Source: an uncultured Nitrososphaerota archaeon
GTDB lineage: Archaea > Asgardarchaeota > Njordarchaeia > Njordarchaeales > Njordarchaeaceae
Assembly: GCA_964518475.1 (NCBI GenBank)
Contig: CAZFGR010000014.1
Span: 1-46,034, forward strand
Length of the DNA stretch: 46,034 bases
Direction of reading: 5' to 3'
Positions 37,298 to 46,034 of this stretch are shown here, piece by piece (position 1 is the stretch's first letter; the number at the start of each line of letters is the position of its first letter). The position numbers and the translations under genes are program-made. Below the pieces are notes generated by a model. That model ran no database searches, was not told where the DNA came from, and saw nothing but the letters and a program-made list of their open reading frames with translations.

Positions 37298-39283
37298 ATG
37301 AATGTGGAGCGGATTAAAAAAGTTGCTGTGATTGGAGCCGGAACGATGGGTCATGGTATTGCTCAAGTTTTTGCCATGGCTGGCTACGAGGTTTGGATGA
37401 GAGATATTGCAAGGGAGGTTCTCGATAGGGCGATTAATAGGATTAGTTCTAGTCTAAAGAAACTGTATTCCAAGGGAGTACTAAAGGAAGCTCCAGAAGA
37501 TGTTCTGAAACGCATACATACAACGTTAGATGTTAATGAAGCATGCAAAGACGCGGATTTAGTAATAGAGGCTGTTCCAGAGATTCTCGATCTAAAGAAA
37601 AAGGTATTTGGAGAAATAGACGCGGTTGCTCCTCCTCACGCAATACTTGCCACGAATACTAGCTCGTTATCAATCACCGAAATAGCTTCCGCAACAAAGA
37701 GACCAGAGAAAGTTGTTGGGATGCATTTCTTTAACCCACCAGTGATTATGAAGCTTGTCGAGGTTGTTAAGGGCGATAAAACGAGTGAAGATGTCGTGAA
37801 AATAATTATGGATCTGGCAAAGAGGCTTGGTAAAGAGCCTGTTTTAGTAAAGAAGGATTCTCCAGGATTCATAGTTAATAGAATCCTCTTCGCCTTATTC
37901 CACGAGGCTTTATGGAGCTTAGAAACTGGAGAATACACGATTGAGGAAATAGACTCCGCTGTGAGATTCAAAGCTGGTTTTCCTATGGGTGTTTTCGAGT
38001 TAATAGATTATATCGGGATAGACATAACCTATCAAATATTCAAAGCAATGATAGAGAGAGGGGTAAAATTCTCTATCCCGCCATCATTCGAGAAAAAAGC
38101 GAATTCAAAAGAACTAGGAGTAAAATCCGGGAAAGGTTATTACAAGTATCCAGCCCCTGGAGTTTTCTCTAAGCCCAGCGTCTCTGTTAAAGCAGGAGAG
38201 AAAGTAGACGTGATTCGTCTCATAGCACCAGCTATAAATGAAGCGGCAACGTTGTTAGAAGAGGATGTTGCGTCAAAGGAGGATATTGATAAAGCTGTGA
38301 AACTGGGACTAAATTGGCCACTAGGAGTTTTTGAATACGCCGATCTATTCGGAATAGATATTGTTGTCAGTGCGCTTAATGAGTTAAAAGAGATTAGAAA
38401 GCTAGAAATTTTTGAGCCAAGGAAATTACTCAGGGACATGGTAGAGAGAGAAGAATTGGGAAGAAAGACGGGGAAGGGATTCTATACCTATAGGGTTGAG
38501 GAAGAGAAATTAGAGACATTATTGGTAAAGTATGAGTACCCGATAGCCTGGATAATACTCAACAGACCAGATAAGCTTAATGCTATGAGTACTAAGATGC
38601 TTGATGAGCTTCGAGAGGTTCTTCAGAAAATAGATAAGAACAAGGATATAAGAGCGGTAATACTCCTAGGAAATGGTAAGGCATTTTGTGCTGGAGCGGA
38701 TGTATCAGAATTTAAGGACATGACTGGTGTGGAGGCTCTACTATATTCTAGAAAGATCCAAGGAGTCTTCGAGTTAATAGAAAACTTGACAAAACCGGTG
38801 ATTGCAGCTATACATGGATATGCTCTGGGTGGAGGGTTAGAGCTAGCTCTAGCATGTGATCTGAGGATAGCAGCGGCAGGATCCCTACTGGGCCAACCAG
38901 AGATTAATCTCGGAATAATTCCTGGAGCAGCAGCTACCCAGAAATTAGTGAGATTGATAGGAGAGGGAAAAGCTAAGGAGATGATATTCCTTGGTGACCA
39001 AATATCAGCAGAAGACGCACTAGAGCTAGGACTAGTGAATAAAGTGGTTCCAAAAAGAGAGCTAGAGTTAGAGGCTAGAAGGATAGCTCTGAAACTTGCT
39101 GAGAAACCCCCATTGACCATCTTCATAGCTAAGTACGTCATTAATTACGGAAAAGATGTCGCGGAAACTATTGGTAAAGCAATAGAATCACTGGGTTTCG
39201 GACTCGCAAGAACAACTAAAGATGCTGAGGAGGGAATCAAAGCATTCCTAGAAAAAAGAAAACCAGTCTTCAAGGGAGAGTAG
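37298..39283 (+). CDS. Bifunctional 3-hydroxyacyl-CoA dehydrogenase / enoyl-CoA hydratase (archaeal HCDH-ECH order)
   Basis: GAGTMGHG, EAVPE, TNTSS, GMHFFNP and PGFIVNR; C-terminal LNRPDKLNA, FCAGAD, GGGLE and PEINLG. Confidence 0.95.
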   Translation: MNVERIKKVAVIGAGTMGHGIAQVFAMAGYEVWMRDIAREVLDRAINRISSSLKKLYSKGVLKEAPEDVLKRIHTTLDVNEACKDADLVIEAVPEILDLKKKVFGEIDAVAPPHAILATNTSSLSITEIASATKRPEKVVGMHFFNPPVIMKLVEVVKGDKTSEDVVKIIMDLAKRLGKEPVLVKKDSPGFIVNRILFALFHEALWSLETGEYTIEEIDSAVRFKAGFPMGVFELIDYIGIDITYQIFKAMIERGVKFSIPPSFEKKANSKELGVKSGKGYYKYPAPGVFSKPSVSVKAGEKVDVIRLIAPAINEAATLLEEDVASKEDIDKAVKLGLNWPLGVFEYADLFGIDIVVSALNELKEIRKLEIFEPRKLLRDMVEREELGRKTGKGFYTYRVEEEKLETLLVKYEYPIAWIILNRPDKLNAMSTKMLDELREVLQKIDKNKDIRAVILLGNGKAFCAGADVSEFKDMTGVEALLYSRKIQGVFELIENLTKPVIAAIHGYALGGGLELALACDLRIAAAGSLLGQPEINLGIIPGAAATQKLVRLIGEGKAKEMIFLGDQISAEDALELGLVNKVVPKRELELEARRIALKLAEKPPLTIFIAKYVINYGKDVAETIGKAIESLGFGLARTTKDAEEGIKAFLEKRKPVFKGE

Positions 39284-39316
39284 CTTATAAATGCAGAAAG
39301 ACACTAAGATTAAATT

Positions 39317-40306
39317 ATGTCAAAAGAGATCTTTGAAGAGTTGCGAAAGAAGACCTTCATCTCATACCGTACAGGACAAGAAGAATATGTGAGAGAATCG
39401 TTAAACAATTTTTTCTATTTTATTGATGAAGAGTTTCAGAGGAATGGAGCTCTTCTCCCTGTACTAGATTTTCTTGCTAGCGATATTCTGAGCGTAAAAG
39501 GGATTTGGATTGCTCTCCCCATGAGTCCTCTGCATTTCTTTCTCGCCTATAATTTATCCGCCGGGTATCGAGACATTGAAAAAGATGAAGTAATTGTTTA
39601 CTATTCCAACAACCCACTAAAGAGCTGGGTTCTAATTCTTCATGAGCTCGCACATAGACATTTAGGCACAATAAAGACTTCAGATGATTTTCTAAAGACT
39701 ATTTTTGAAGAAACCTTCGCATATTTAGTCACCTTTATTGCAGGATATGAATCCATTTATAAGGAAAATATTCTAGTCCTAATTGACTTATTATCTAGAA
39801 GAAGGCTCGTTAATAACTCGAATGAAATGTTGTTGCTTAATATTATTATCCCTAGATTGCTGGCTTTTGGACTATCTAAAACATTCTCTTCACAAGCGAT
39901 TAAAAACATTCCAAAACAGATGAGAAACGATCCGTTAGAAATAGTAAAGAAACATTATCAGGAGTTTGACGAAAAGTTACGGAAAGCTCTCTCTAATGCT
40001 TTTTACTCTTTGGGGTTCACTGAATTAGCAAGAATTTTCTGGGATAAGGATGATTTCTCATCAAGAATCAGCACTGATGCTATAGGAAAGATTATAAGAG
40101 ACGAGTTTATTGATGAGGAGTTCGTGAAGCCATTAACAATCATGGCAGAAATAGCAAACGATATTTTAGAGAAAGGACTTGGTTACGTCTTAGATCGCTA
40201 TAGTGATTTAATAAGGGATATATCACGCGAGCCAAGAGTGATGGAGAAATTAAAGTTACTGCTTTACTATCCAACAGTCTTCATGCTTGAACTAAGCAAG
40301 AGCTAA
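39317..40306 (+). CDS. Hypothetical protein with zincin HExxH motif (putative metallopeptidase)
   Basis: LILHELAHRHL followed about 15 residues later by FEETFA, a gluzincin-like third ligand. Confidence 0.6.
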   Translation: MSKEIFEELRKKTFISYRTGQEEYVRESLNNFFYFIDEEFQRNGALLPVLDFLASDILSVKGIWIALPMSPLHFFLAYNLSAGYRDIEKDEVIVYYSNNPLKSWVLILHELAHRHLGTIKTSDDFLKTIFEETFAYLVTFIAGYESIYKENILVLIDLLSRRRLVNNSNEMLLLNIIIPRLLAFGLSKTFSSQAIKNIPKQMRNDPLEIVKKHYQEFDEKLRKALSNAFYSLGFTELARIFWDKDDFSSRISTDAIGKIIRDEFIDEEFVKPLTIMAEIANDILEKGLGYVLDRYSDLIRDISREPRVMEKLKLLLYYPTVFMLELSKS

Positions 40307-40361
40307 GCAAGACTTTAGTAGCGAATATCAGTATATGAGTTAGAGGGCTTTACCCAGTATC

Positions 40362-40399
40362 CTATATAGTCTATATAGTCATTGGTTTGATATATATAG
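40362..40399. promoter_or_regulatory. Tandem CTATATAG(T) boxes upstream of pstS (candidate phosphate-regulation site or promoter)
   Basis: CTATATAGT at 40362-40370 and 40371-40379, and TATATAG at 40393-40399. Confidence 0.45.
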
Positions 40400-40468
40400 A
40401 ATTTTTTACCGTTATCATAGCGATTGTAACATATTGGGATAGTCTTAACGGATAGATTACTTCTAGAG

Positions 40469-41659
40469 GTGGAGGGAAGACTTTTGGAGCGTAAAACACT
40501 CATAGGAATCGCGTTAGTGGCTCTGATTCTCGTTAGTGGAATCATTTACATGATGCTGCCGAAGCAAGAAAAAGTTTCTCTAGTTGGTCAGGGATCCACA
40601 TTTGTTTATCCGTTAATGAGTGTCTGGATCGATGAATACGGAAGGATGTACCGAAATATAACAATTAATTATCAACCAACAGGAAGTGGTGCTGGAATAA
40701 AAGCTATAATTGATGGGACAGTAGACTTTGCTTGTAGCGACGCGCCTATGAATAGAGAGGAGTGGTTAACAGCTAGGCAGAAAGGAACTATTCTTCAGTT
40801 CCCTATCACCATAGGTGCTGTAGTGATAGCCTATAACATTCCAGATCTTGGTGGTCGCTTAAGACTTAATGGCACAGTACTGGCTGATATTTATCTGGGG
40901 AAGATTTCTAAGTGGAATGATCCAGCCATAAAGCAACTTAACCCAGATCTGAATCTTCCAGATCAAGAAATTATTGTTGTTAAGCGAGCTGAGGGTAGCG
41001 GGACCACATACGTTTTCACGGACTATTTATCTCAGGTCAGCGAGGAGTGGGCTGAAAAATATGGTCGAACAAAAATATTCCAATTTGACGAGCGAATTGG
41101 TGACAGGGGTATAGCAGCACAAGGAAACCCTGGTGTTGCTCAGGCAATTCTTCAGAATCCATACTCAATAGGTTATGTGGAGCTGGCTTATGCGATTCAG
41201 CTAGACATGACTTATGCTCTTCTCCAAAACCGCGACGGATACTTTGTTAATGCAAACATAACAACAATCTCGGCCGCTGCTGAGAGTGCTTACGCTGGAC
41301 TTCCCCGACCAGATGAATCTTGGGAAAATGTTACTATGGTAAATCAGCCTGGAAAGAATTCCTATCCGATAGCTAGTTTCGTTTACATGCTGGTATACAA
41401 AGAGCAACAGGATATAAAAAAGCTACAAGCTCTAAAGAAATGGATCTCCTGGATTCTAACTGAGGGACAAGAGTATGCCGATGATTTATTCTACGTCCCA
41501 TTACCTGAGGTTATAAGAAACATAGGTTTAGAAGCTGTTAACATGATGACTTACACAGGAGCTTCAAGTCTAGCAATGGTAATCTGCGAGTTCTTAAGGA
41601 GTACACTATCCTTGACATACATAACCCCTCCAGTCGCTTTAAGGCTCTTAGTTTTCTAG
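40469..41659 (+). CDS. pstS: Phosphate ABC transporter substrate-binding protein
   Basis: GQGSTFVYP, NYQPTGSGAG, VDFACSDAP, RAEGSGTT, SIGYVE and YPI; N-terminal TM anchor. Confidence 0.95.
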   Translation: MEGRLLERKTLIGIALVALILVSGIIYMMLPKQEKVSLVGQGSTFVYPLMSVWIDEYGRMYRNITINYQPTGSGAGIKAIIDGTVDFACSDAPMNREEWLTARQKGTILQFPITIGAVVIAYNIPDLGGRLRLNGTVLADIYLGKISKWNDPAIKQLNPDLNLPDQEIIVVKRAEGSGTTYVFTDYLSQVSEEWAEKYGRTKIFQFDERIGDRGIAAQGNPGVAQAILQNPYSIGYVELAYAIQLDMTYALLQNRDGYFVNANITTISAAAESAYAGLPRPDESWENVTMVNQPGKNSYPIASFVYMLVYKEQQDIKKLQALKKWISWILTEGQEYADDLFYVPLPEVIRNIGLEAVNMMTYTGASSLAMVICEFLRSTLSLTYITPPVALRLLVF

Positions 41660-41701
41660 AAATTACTCAAATTATTTAAGGAATAAAGAGGGGTTTAGGA
41701 G

Positions 41702-42601
41702 TTGGTGAAAAGTAATCAAGAAAAGTTTTTTGAAACTATCTTTTTGTCTGCAGCTTTTTTTATTGTAGCTATCGTTATTGTAGTGATCATTGAGCTCTTC
41801 ATAAGAGCTCTTCCTGCCTTAAGAACCTTCGGAGTCGACTTTTTTACTAGGGATGTATGGGATCCCGTTAGGAGAGAGTTTTCAGCACTACCTTTTATCT
41901 ATGGTACCTTCTTTACAGCTACACTCTCTCTCGTGATTTCATATTTATTGAGCGTCATGATTGCGTATGCACTCACAGAGCTTATACCTAAGTGGTTATC
42001 CGAGTACATATCATCGCTCGTAGATTTGATAGCAGCAATACCGAGTGTAGTAATCGGACTTTGGGGAATATTCTATCTGATACCGGTCATAAGAAACATT
42101 ATTCAGCCAATTCTGAGACCACTTAGTTTTATACCCCTGTTCTCAGGAACGACGTTTGGTTTTAGTTATCTAGCAGCGGATCTAGTACTTATCTTCATGA
42201 TTACTCCAATACAAGTATCGATCTTCAAGGAAGCCTTCCTTAGTGTCCCACAAGATCTTAAGGAAGCCATGTATGCTTTGGGGGCCACAAAGTACGAAGT
42301 TGCTAGACACGTTATTATTCCAGTTTCTCGCAGAGCGATGATCGCGGGTGTAATACTTGCTTATGGCAGAGCATTAGGAGAAACACTTGCAGTAACAATG
42401 GTTATTGGGAATAAACCAAACATTACTCTCTCCTTACTAGCGCCTGGTTATACACTTGCTTCGGTGATAGCTAACGAGTTCCTAGAAGCTACAGACCCTC
42501 TCTACACCTCATCACTAATAGCCCTAGGTCTTATCCTCATGATAATCTCATTGATCGTTAACATAGTTGGATACTTCATATCCAGGGGGCTCAAGAGATG
42601 A
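41702..42601 (+). CDS. pstC: Phosphate ABC transporter permease PstC
   Basis: WDP, LPFIYGT, AAIPSVVIGLWG, EAMYALGAT, RALGETLAV and TLASVIANEF. Confidence 0.95.
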   Translation: MVKSNQEKFFETIFLSAAFFIVAIVIVVIIELFIRALPALRTFGVDFFTRDVWDPVRREFSALPFIYGTFFTATLSLVISYLLSVMIAYALTELIPKWLSEYISSLVDLIAAIPSVVIGLWGIFYLIPVIRNIIQPILRPLSFIPLFSGTTFGFSYLAADLVLIFMITPIQVSIFKEAFLSVPQDLKEAMYALGATKYEVARHVIIPVSRRAMIAGVILAYGRALGETLAVTMVIGNKPNITLSLLAPGYTLASVIANEFLEATDPLYTSSLIALGLILMIISLIVNIVGYFISRGLKR

Positions 42602-43431
42602 AAACACGAATTATAATTGATAAGATATTCGCATTTTTAGCTCTGATATCTCTCGGAATCATCCTTCTCCCACTAGCTCATATCGTGGCGATGGTCATTA
42701 TAAATGGGGCTAGAGTGGTAAATTTCGATTTCCTGATAAAAACCCCTAGACCAGCTGGTTTTCCTGGTGGGGGGATAGCAAACGCGATCGAGGGATCATT
42801 AGTCCTAGTAGCCTTGACTATGGGGTTTAGTTTTCCCATCGGATTACTAGCAGGAATATACCTGGCTGAGTATGGTAGGGGATCATTAGCAGAATTTATC
42901 AGAACTCTCGTAAATGCATTGGCTGGAATGCCCTCAATAGTCGCTGGCCTAATGGCTTATATATTGATAGTGCTCTATTTCGGTTTCTCAGCCGTTGCTG
43001 GAGCATTCGCTCTTAGTCTCCTAGCAATTCCTTATATAGTTCGTACCTCTGAAGAAGCGTTACGGGGAGTACCTAATGATATTAGAGAAGCAGGACTAGC
43101 TCTAGGACTGCCTAAATGGAAAGTAACTATTTATATAGTTCTGGGAGCCGCTAAAGGACGAATAATAATCGGTGCCCTCCTAGCAATGGCAAGAGTGTTT
43201 GGAGAAGCAGCCCCCTTACTTTTCACAGCATTCGGAAATCCCCATCATGTCTCGTCCATATTTGAACCAGTAGATGCGTTACCACTTCTAATATTTCGAT
43301 ATGCATTATCTCCATACCCAGATTGGCACATGAAAGCTTGGGGAGCAGCACTTCTTCTTATGATAATCGTCTTAACAATAAACCTCGTCATCAGAATAAC
43401 TATCAGAAAAAGATATGCTGTAAGATTCTAA
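42598..43431 (+). CDS. pstA: Phosphate ABC transporter permease PstA
   Basis: GGIANAIEG, IYLAEY, PSIVAGL, EEALRGVP..IREAGLALG and RVFGEAAPLLFT. Confidence 0.95.
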   Translation: MKTRIIIDKIFAFLALISLGIILLPLAHIVAMVIINGARVVNFDFLIKTPRPAGFPGGGIANAIEGSLVLVALTMGFSFPIGLLAGIYLAEYGRGSLAEFIRTLVNALAGMPSIVAGLMAYILIVLYFGFSAVAGAFALSLLAIPYIVRTSEEALRGVPNDIREAGLALGLPKWKVTIYIVLGAAKGRIIIGALLAMARVFGEAAPLLFTAFGNPHHVSSIFEPVDALPLLIFRYALSPYPDWHMKAWGAALLLMIIVLTINLVIRITIRKRYAVRF

Positions 43432-43634
43432 TTTACCTATTCATATTCTTTCATGTCGAAATACTTGGAAAAATTAAGAACAACTTAACTAAAAACACTA
43501 AAAGCATTAAAAGGAGAGCTCTTTATTTAGTAGAATTCTAGAGTACATTTGCTAAGATTATTATACTCCAAAACAAAATAATGAAAAGAAAATAAGAAAA
43601 AACATAAACTGGGAATATGCATTGAGGGGATTCG

Positions 43635-43892
43635 TTACTTGCCGTTAATTATGTGGTAAAATCTTTCGCGGTCATTTCGGGATAATAAAATATCATATCT
43701 TAGCCAAAGCTCCGTCTCTAATTCTTCCAGAAGGCGTAAAGGTTCCCTTATATTTTTGAATTTTTTTGTTAATAGCTCGAGAGCTATTTCCTGCGCATGT
43801 TTTCTTCTCAGGTTTTCGGAGTTAAGGTCTTCTAGTTTTTGACTTATTGTTTCTGAGACTACCTTCAATAATTCCGCAACATCAATACTCAA
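43635..43892 (-). CDS. Small hypothetical helical protein
   Basis: 85-aa E/L/K-rich ORF. The TTG start is preceded by a GGTGA SD-like sequence, and the ORF fills an otherwise empty gap. Confidence 0.55.
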   Translation of the reverse strand: MSIDVAELLKVVSETISQKLEDLNSENLRRKHAQEIALELLTKKFKNIREPLRLLEELETELWLRYDILLSRNDRERFYHIINGK

Positions 43893-44053
43893 AAATTTTC
43901 ACCAATTTCTTAGCCACCACCAGAAAGCTACCGACCGGCGTAATACAAATACTTCGAAAAGTTGGGACACTTAAAGACAAGAAATGTCTTAGAATAGTGT
44001 AGTATTGACAAACATATATAAAGTTTATTTATCTTTAAACGATTCTAAAAGTT

Positions 44054-44118
44054 GAAAACTAAATGTTTTACGAATTTGTGCCAATGAAAAACAACCCTTA
44101 GGGATAATCACTCATATT
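44054..44118 (+). repeat. Direct-repeat copy (remnant) of the DUF35 gene 3' end and downstream sequence; partner at 45836-45903
   Basis: Translates FYEFVPMKNNP* versus VYEFIPMKNNKS*. CTTAGGGATAATCACTCATATT versus CTTAGGAATAATCACTCATATT is 21/22 identical. Confidence 0.8.
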
Positions 44119-44195
44119 TTGGGAAAATTCGTCAGAAATTTTTTATACGTACAAACATTTTCTTAGAATGCTATCTAATTTCTCGGGTTTTTAGT

Positions 44196-45380
44196 ATGAG
44201 AAATGTTGCCATCGTTGGTATCGGTCACTCCAAATTTGGTAGACGCCTTGACGTCTCTCTTCCCGAACTTGCTTGGGAAGCTATTCGAGAAGCTATTGAA
44301 GATGCAGGGCTAGATACTAAAGATATAGAGTTTGTTTCTTTAGCGAATATCGGTGTTTGGAGCTCTGAGGTCTCTCCCGGATCCGTCATAATGGAGTACG
44401 CGGGATTGAATCCATCCGAAACCATTAGGGTAGAGACCGCTTGTGCCTCTGGGAGCGCTGCTGTTAAAACTGCTTACATGGCAGTTGCCAGTGGACAAGC
44501 AGATGTGGCTATGGCTCTTGGTATTGAAAGAATGAATGAGATGACTACTCCAGAAGTTGTAGAGATTCTGGCTAGAATCGGGAATTATTTCTGGGAATTT
44601 CATAATTTTGGCCCCACATTCGTTGGATACTACGCTCTTTTCGCCACCCAATATATGCATAAGTATGGAGCAACTGAGGAGGATCTTGCAAAAGTCGCTG
44701 TGAAGAATCATTATTACGCTTCCTACAATCCTAAGGCGCATTTCCCTAAGAAAATAACGCTTGAGGATGCGTTAAATTCTCCATATATTGCATGGCCCCT
44801 GAAACTTTATGATTGTTCCCCCATTTCTGATGGTGCTGCCGCAGTCATTTTGGCTTCGGAAGAAGTGGCTAAAAAAATAACTGATTCTCCCGTCTGGATA
44901 AGGGCTATCGAGGGGGCTACAGCTACTTCAAACCATAGCAAGAGAGAAAACCTGCTCAGTATACCTTCTGCGAGGATCGCTGCTGAAAAAGCTTATAGAA
45001 GAGCTAAGATTGACAAAGAAGATCCCACAAAATACTTAGATTTGGCAGAAGTACATGACTGTTTCACCATAGCAGAGATAATGGCATATGAGGACCTAGG
45101 ATTTGCTAAAAGAGGAGAAGGATATAAGCTCATAAGAGATGAACAAACATACATCGGAGGAAAAATCCCAGTGAATCTAAGTGGCGGATTGAAGGCTAAG
45201 GGTCACCCAATAGGAGCAACTGGTGTGAGCATGATTGTAGAACTCACTAAACAATTACAACAAAGGGTTGAGCCTCAGAGACAAGCACCAATAGAGAAGG
45301 GGCTAGCATTGGCTCATAATGTGGGAGGGACAGGGCATTATGTATTCGTTTCTATTTTATCCCTTGAGAAGCCGTGGTGA
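44196..45380 (+). CDS. Archaeal/SCP2-type thiolase (acetyl-CoA C-acyltransferase)
   Basis: ETACASG, CSPISDGAAA, AEVHDCF, KGHPIGATG and HNVGG. Confidence 0.95.
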   Translation: MRNVAIVGIGHSKFGRRLDVSLPELAWEAIREAIEDAGLDTKDIEFVSLANIGVWSSEVSPGSVIMEYAGLNPSETIRVETACASGSAAVKTAYMAVASGQADVAMALGIERMNEMTTPEVVEILARIGNYFWEFHNFGPTFVGYYALFATQYMHKYGATEEDLAKVAVKNHYYASYNPKAHFPKKITLEDALNSPYIAWPLKLYDCSPISDGAAAVILASEEVAKKITDSPVWIRAIEGATATSNHSKRENLLSIPSARIAAEKAYRRAKIDKEDPTKYLDLAEVHDCFTIAEIMAYEDLGFAKRGEGYKLIRDEQTYIGGKIPVNLSGGLKAKGHPIGATGVSMIVELTKQLQQRVEPQRQAPIEKGLALAHNVGGTGHYVFVSILSLEKPW

Positions 45381-45886
45381 TGGATATGAGCGAGACCGAA
45401 GAATTTAAGGAATCACCTATTATAAGAGACAAGAAAACAGCCCTACCACTATGGACTGATCAGCGACCATTCCAGCTCAGATATTATATTCCAGTTAAAA
45501 GAATTGAAGAATTCTTCCGTGGTTTGGAAGAGGGGAAAATTCTGGCCACTCAGTGTAAGTCATGTGGACAAATATTCTTTCCTCCACAAATGGATTGTCC
45601 AAAGTGTAAATCCAGCGACATGAAGTGGATACAATTAAGTGATGAAGCAGAGTTAGTGACGTACACAATTATTAGGGTAAAACCGAAAACGTTCGAGCAT
45701 TACAATGATTATGTCATAGCAGTAGGTAGACTACTAAAAGAAAAAATAAACGTCTTTGCATGGTTAAAGGTAGATGATCCCTCAAAGATAAGAATAGGAA
45801 TGAAACTCAAACTAATTGTAACAAAAAGAGAGCCAGAAAATTATTTAGTTTACGAATTCATTCCAATGAAAAATAATAAGTCTTAG
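45374..45886 (+). CDS. DUF35-family Zn-ribbon/OB-fold protein (thiolase partner)
   Basis: FFRGLEEGKILATQCKSCG...FPP..DCPKC and IRIGMKL; overlaps the thiolase stop codon. Confidence 0.92.
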   Translation: MVMDMSETEEFKESPIIRDKKTALPLWTDQRPFQLRYYIPVKRIEEFFRGLEEGKILATQCKSCGQIFFPPQMDCPKCKSSDMKWIQLSDEAELVTYTIIRVKPKTFEHYNDYVIAVGRLLKEKINVFAWLKVDDPSKIRIGMKLKLIVTKREPENYLVYEFIPMKNNKS

Positions 45887-45984
45887 GAATAATCACTCAT
45901 ATTCTTCAGAAACGTTTAGTTTTTTTTCAAAATTAAGTCGCCAAAATAAAAATGGAAGAAAATGAAAGCAGAACGCCTCTACTT

Positions 45985-46034
45985 TTAGAATCCTGGTGTT
46001 ATCAGGTCACCTCCGCCTCCACCTCCGGTATCTC
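45985..46034 (-). CDS. 3' end of a gene running off the window edge (frame uncertain)
   Basis: The minus strand reads either ...DTGGGGGGDLITPGF* (stop 45985) or ...EIPEVEAEVT* (stop 46002). T-rich tracts follow on that strand. Confidence 0.3.
   Translation of the reverse strand, partial: DTGGGGGGDLITPGF

Noticed and set aside
2595-44741. Numerous short antisense or nested ORFs in the ORF track (e.g. 2595-2858, 10909-11358, 17034-17519, 22913-23422, 38623-39141, 44340-44741)
   Set aside because: They are shadows of well-supported genes on the opposite strand, with Ser/Ile/Phe-rich composition typical of antisense frames.
45985-46034. PGF-CTERM archaeosortase signal (…ITPGF*)
   Set aside because: PGF is followed by a stop codon rather than a TM helix and basic tail, and the reading frame itself is uncertain at the window edge.

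Overview
This is a gene-dense, AT-rich archaeal chromosomal window, probably from a thermophilic Asgard or Asgard-like lineage. That assignment is inferred from two Rab-like small GTPases, a longin-like domain, Thermococcales-like Hyp proteins and E/K/I-rich proteins. From left to right it contains: a degenerate tandem repeat and two predicted surface proteins (one an FG-GAP-type beta-propeller); DUF429 and nrdD; Rab-like GTPase 1; a minus-strand pstB-phoU-HAD-dcd-MBL run; a longin-like/alpha-helical protein followed by Rab-like GTPase 2 and a degenerate MobB-FeS protein; and a complete [NiFe]-hydrogenase maturation cluster (hypC-E-D-F-A plus ATPase-type hypB). Directly downstream lies an 11-module complex I-like operon with NuoA-B and NuoC-D fusions, no N-module and no [NiFe] ligands. 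It is followed by mobB, a B12 radical SAM enzyme and a CX5R phosphatase; a minus-strand cluster of an atypical GTPase, a Trm112-MTase fusion, a PD-(D/E)xK nuclease and a hypothetical protein; acyl-CoA/beta-oxidation genes; and pstSCA. The best candidates for new biology are the longin-solenoid plus Rab pair (a possible proto-GEF/GTPase module), the hyp-linked but nickel-free AB-fused complex I, and the G3-less GTPase. Other notable signals are a pst operon split in a way that one ~33.6-kb inversion would repair, an RBS-sequestering bistable hairpin, and a duplication scar around thiolase-DUF35. No rRNA, tRNA, CRISPR array or transposase was recognised. All calls come from reading motifs by eye; no database searches were run.
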